A DNA stretch of 32,000 bases from Candidatus Saccharimonadota bacterium (GTDB lineage: Bacteria; Pseudomonadota; Gammaproteobacteria; Enterobacterales; Enterobacteriaceae). The notes under the pieces were generated by a model, which was not told the DNA's origin, did not search any database, and was given only the letters and a program-made list of their open reading frames with translations. Positions 29,286 through 32,000 of the stretch are shown here, in pieces. Where the stretch lies: positions 270,001 to 302,000 of the forward strand of contig NZ_CP135009.1 in the NCBI RefSeq assembly GCF_039383305.1. Reading direction: 5' to 3'. The translations under genes and the position numbers were made by a program. The stretch's first letter is position 1. Every line of letters begins with the position of its first letter.

Positions 29286-30944
29286 ATGTCAGATATTATA
29301 AACAACAATTTTATTCATAATATTATTAAAAAAGACTTATTAAAAAATCCCAAAAAAAAAATAAATACTAGATTTCCCCCAGAACCTAATGGATATTTAC
29401 ATCTAGGGCATGCTAAAGCAATATTTTTAAATTTTAATTTAGCTAAAAAATATAATGGAACTTGTAATCTTAGATTTGATGATACTAATCCAAAAACAGA
29501 AAACCTAAAATATATTAAATCTATTAAAAAAGATATAAGATGGTTAGGATATTTGTGGAATAATCATAGTAATTATACTTCTCAATATTTTAAAAAAATT
29601 TACCAATATGCTAAAAAATTAATTAAAAAAAATTTAGCCTATGTTGATCAACTAAATCAAATAGAAATTAAAAAATTTAGAGGTACCTTAAAAGAAAAAG
29701 GTATTAATAGTCCTTTTAGAAATCAAACAATTAAAAAAAATTTATCTCTTTTCAAAAAAATGAAAAATGGTTTTTTTAAAGAAGGAGAAATGTGTTTAAG
29801 AGCTAAAATTAATATGAAATCGAATTTTCTTTTACTTCGAGATCCAGTATTATATAGAATTATTTATAAAAATCATTATCACACAAAAAAAAAATGGTGT
29901 ATTTATCCTACATATGATTTTGCACATTGTATATCTGATGCATTAGAAAATATTACTTATTCGTTATGCACTTTAGAATTTTTAGAAAATAAAAAATTAT
30001 ATAAATGGATTTTAAAAAATTTAAACTTTAAAAAAAATCCACCTATCCAATATGAATATTCACGATTAAACTTAGAATACTCTATTCTTTCAAAAAGAAA
30101 AATAAAAATTTTAATAAAAAAAAAAATAATAAAAAAATGGAATGATCCTAGATTATTGACATTATCAGGATTAAGAAAAAAAGGATATACTCCTAATTCT
30201 ATCAATAATTTTTGTGAAAAAATTGGTTTTACAAAACAAAATAGTATTATACAATTAAAACTTTTAGAATCTTGTATTCGTAAAGATTTAAATCTTACTG
30301 TGCACCGGAAAATGGCTATTCTTAATCCTGTAATGTTAATAATCACAAACTATCCTAAAAATTTAAAAGAAATTTTAAAAGTTAAAAATCATCCTACGAA
30401 TAAAAATATGGGATTTCGAGAAATTTTATTTTCAAAAAAAATATATATTGAAGAAGAAGATGTAAAAAAAAAAATTTTAAATTCTAAAAAAAAAATATCT
30501 GATATAAAAATTAAATTACGTTATGCATATGTAATAAAAATATATAAAATTATTAAAGACAAAAATCACAATATTTTACATATTTTAGGAAAATATAAAC
30601 AAAATACAATCGGTAAAAAATTAAATAATAGTTTAAAAAATAAAATTATTCATTGGGTTTCTAAAAAAAATTCTATTCCAGCAATCTTTAAATTTTATAA
30701 TAAATTATTTTTAAAAAAAAATCCGGAAAAAGAAAAAAATATTTTAAATATTATTAATCCTAATTCTTATTATATAAATAAAGGATTTGTTGAAAATTCT
30801 ATTTTAACGTATAAAATTAATACAGCACTTCAATTTGAAAGATTAGGATATTTTTTATATATAAACTATAATATAAAAAAGAATTTCTTAATTTTTAATA
30901 AAATTGTTTCTTTAAAACAAAAAAAATATTCAAATAAATTTTAA
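29286..30944 (+). CDS. glnS: glutamine--tRNA ligase
   Basis: The 552-aa ORF has TRFPPEPNGYLHLGHAKAI (the HIGH motif), CNLRFDDTNP, YPTYDFAHCISDALE and LSKRK (the KMSKS-type motif). It is collinear with E. coli GlnRS (554 aa). Confidence 0.96.
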   Translation: MSDIINNNFIHNIIKKDLLKNPKKKINTRFPPEPNGYLHLGHAKAIFLNFNLAKKYNGTCNLRFDDTNPKTENLKYIKSIKKDIRWLGYLWNNHSNYTSQYFKKIYQYAKKLIKKNLAYVDQLNQIEIKKFRGTLKEKGINSPFRNQTIKKNLSLFKKMKNGFFKEGEMCLRAKINMKSNFLLLRDPVLYRIIYKNHYHTKKKWCIYPTYDFAHCISDALENITYSLCTLEFLENKKLYKWILKNLNFKKNPPIQYEYSRLNLEYSILSKRKIKILIKKKIIKKWNDPRLLTLSGLRKKGYTPNSINNFCEKIGFTKQNSIIQLKLLESCIRKDLNLTVHRKMAILNPVMLIITNYPKNLKEILKVKNHPTNKNMGFREILFSKKIYIEEEDVKKKILNSKKKISDIKIKLRYAYVIKIYKIIKDKNHNILHILGKYKQNTIGKKLNNSLKNKIIHWVSKKNSIPAIFKFYNKLFLKKNPEKEKNILNIINPNSYYINKGFVENSILTYKINTALQFERLGYFLYINYNIKKNFLIFNKIVSLKQKKYSNKF

Positions 30945-31120
30945 ATTTAATTAAATTCTTTTATAAAATTTATAATATATATAGATATCCTTATATTCTA
31001 ATTTTAATTTACATAAAAAATTTATAAAAAAATTTTAAAACTATATGTCATTTATTCTTTTTAAAAAATAATGATATAATTATTATAATTTTATTTTTAA
31101 TATATTTAAGGAATTTTAAT

Positions 31121-32000
31121 ATGTATACTATAAAAAATGTTATAGCACGAGAAATATTAGATTCTAGAGGAATCCCTACAATAGAAACAGATATTTATTT
31201 GAATAACGGAATTATAGGAAGAGCAATATCTCCATCTGGAGCTTCTACTGGCTCTAAAGAAGCATTAGAATTACGAGATAATAATAAAAACAGATTTTTA
31301 GGAAAAGGAGTTTTAAAAGCAGTAAATTATATTAATACGCATATTAAAAAATTTTTAATAGGAAAAAATGCTCAAATGCAAAAAGAAATTGACAATTTTC
31401 TTATTAAATTAGATGGTACTCCTAATAAATCAAAATTTGGAGCTAATACTATTTTATCTATTTCTCTAGCAATTGCAAAAGCTGTTGCTAAAAAAAAAAA
31501 TATTCCTTTTTATCAATATATTGCTCAATTAAATAATACCCAAAAAAAAATTATTATGCCTTTACCTATGATTAATTTAATTAATGGAGGTATGCATTCT
31601 ACAAATAATTTAAATATTCAAGAATTTATGATACAACCTATTAGCGCTCAAAATATCAAACAAGCAATTCAAATAGGATCTGAAATATTTCACAATTTAG
31701 GAAAAATTTTACTTAAAAAAGGACTTTCTACAAATGTAGGTGATGAAGGAGGATATGCACCTAATTTAAATTCTAATGAAGAAGCTTTTGAATTATTAAA
31801 CGAAGCCACTGAAAAATCAAATTATATTGTAGGAAAAGATATTACTTTTGCTATTGACTGCGCTGCTTCAGAATTATATAACAAAAAAACTCAAAAATAC
31901 TATTTTAAAAATGAAAATTTATCATATAGTTCTAAAGAACTTACAAAATATTTATATAATCTAACTAAAAAATATCCTATAGTATCTATTGAAGATGGAC
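31121..32000 (+). CDS. eno: enolase, N-terminal part (3' end cut by the window edge)
   Basis: The ATG at 31121 is preceded by AAGGAA. The translation [53 protein letters not shown]... is the canonical enolase N-terminus. The ORF is open to the end of the window. Confidence 0.96.
   Translation, partial: MYTIKNVIAREILDSRGIPTIETDIYLNNGIIGRAISPSGASTGSKEALELRDNNKNRFLGKGVLKAVNYINTHIKKFLIGKNAQMQKEIDNFLIKLDGTPNKSKFGANTILSISLAIAKAVAKKKNIPFYQYIAQLNNTQKKIIMPLPMINLINGGMHSTNNLNIQEFMIQPISAQNIKQAIQIGSEIFHNLGKILLKKGLSTNVGDEGGYAPNLNSNEEAFELLNEATEKSNYIVGKDITFAIDCAASELYNKKTQKYYFKNENLSYSSKELTKYLYNLTKKYPIVSIEDG

Noticed and set aside
30945-31120. A degraded pyrG upstream of eno (pyrG-eno is an operon in E. coli).
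   Set aside because: The spacer is 176 bp of A/T with stops in all frames. Nothing is alignable by eye, so only the absence of pyrG can be stated, not a pseudogene.

Overview
This is an extremely AT-rich, gene-dense window of housekeeping genes. G+C looks well under 25% by eye (not computed), and the intergenic DNA is almost pure A/T. It appears to come from a highly reduced Enterobacterales-derived insect endosymbiont.

Gene content and order are: deaD-pnp-rpsO-truB-rbfA-infB-nusA-tRNALeu-secG-ftsH-rlmE-greA | ibaG-rplU-rpmA-obgE | rpsI-rplM | pheA-ffh-rpsP-rimM-trmD-rplS | tldD | aroQ | rluD | alaS-csrA-tRNASer-tRNAArg | zapA-rpiA-tRNAGln-tRNALeu-tRNAMet | glnS | eno. This matches my recollection of Buchnera aphidicola. 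The absence of nlpI, rimP/metY, folP/glmM, yhbY and murA suggests one of the most reduced lineages. That assignment is an inference and cannot be verified here.

I call 31 apparently intact CDS (2 are cut by the window edges), one frameshifted gene (rluD), 6 tRNAs, 4 hairpin terminators and one candidate promoter. The genetic code is standard: TGA is used as a stop and TGG codes Trp.

I see no mobile elements, CRISPR, defence or toxin genes, and no unassigned multi-gene cassette. All ORFs of real length are recognisable core genes, so I find no evidence of a novel system.

The observations worth a second look are small-scale:
- an A10-tract frameshift splitting rluD
- very long in-frame homopolymers (A17 in pheA, G9 in ftsH)
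- a strongly over-represented, orientation-biased T(n)A(n) motif in spacers
- a GC-containing structured element upstream of deaD
- a few degenerate tRNA features
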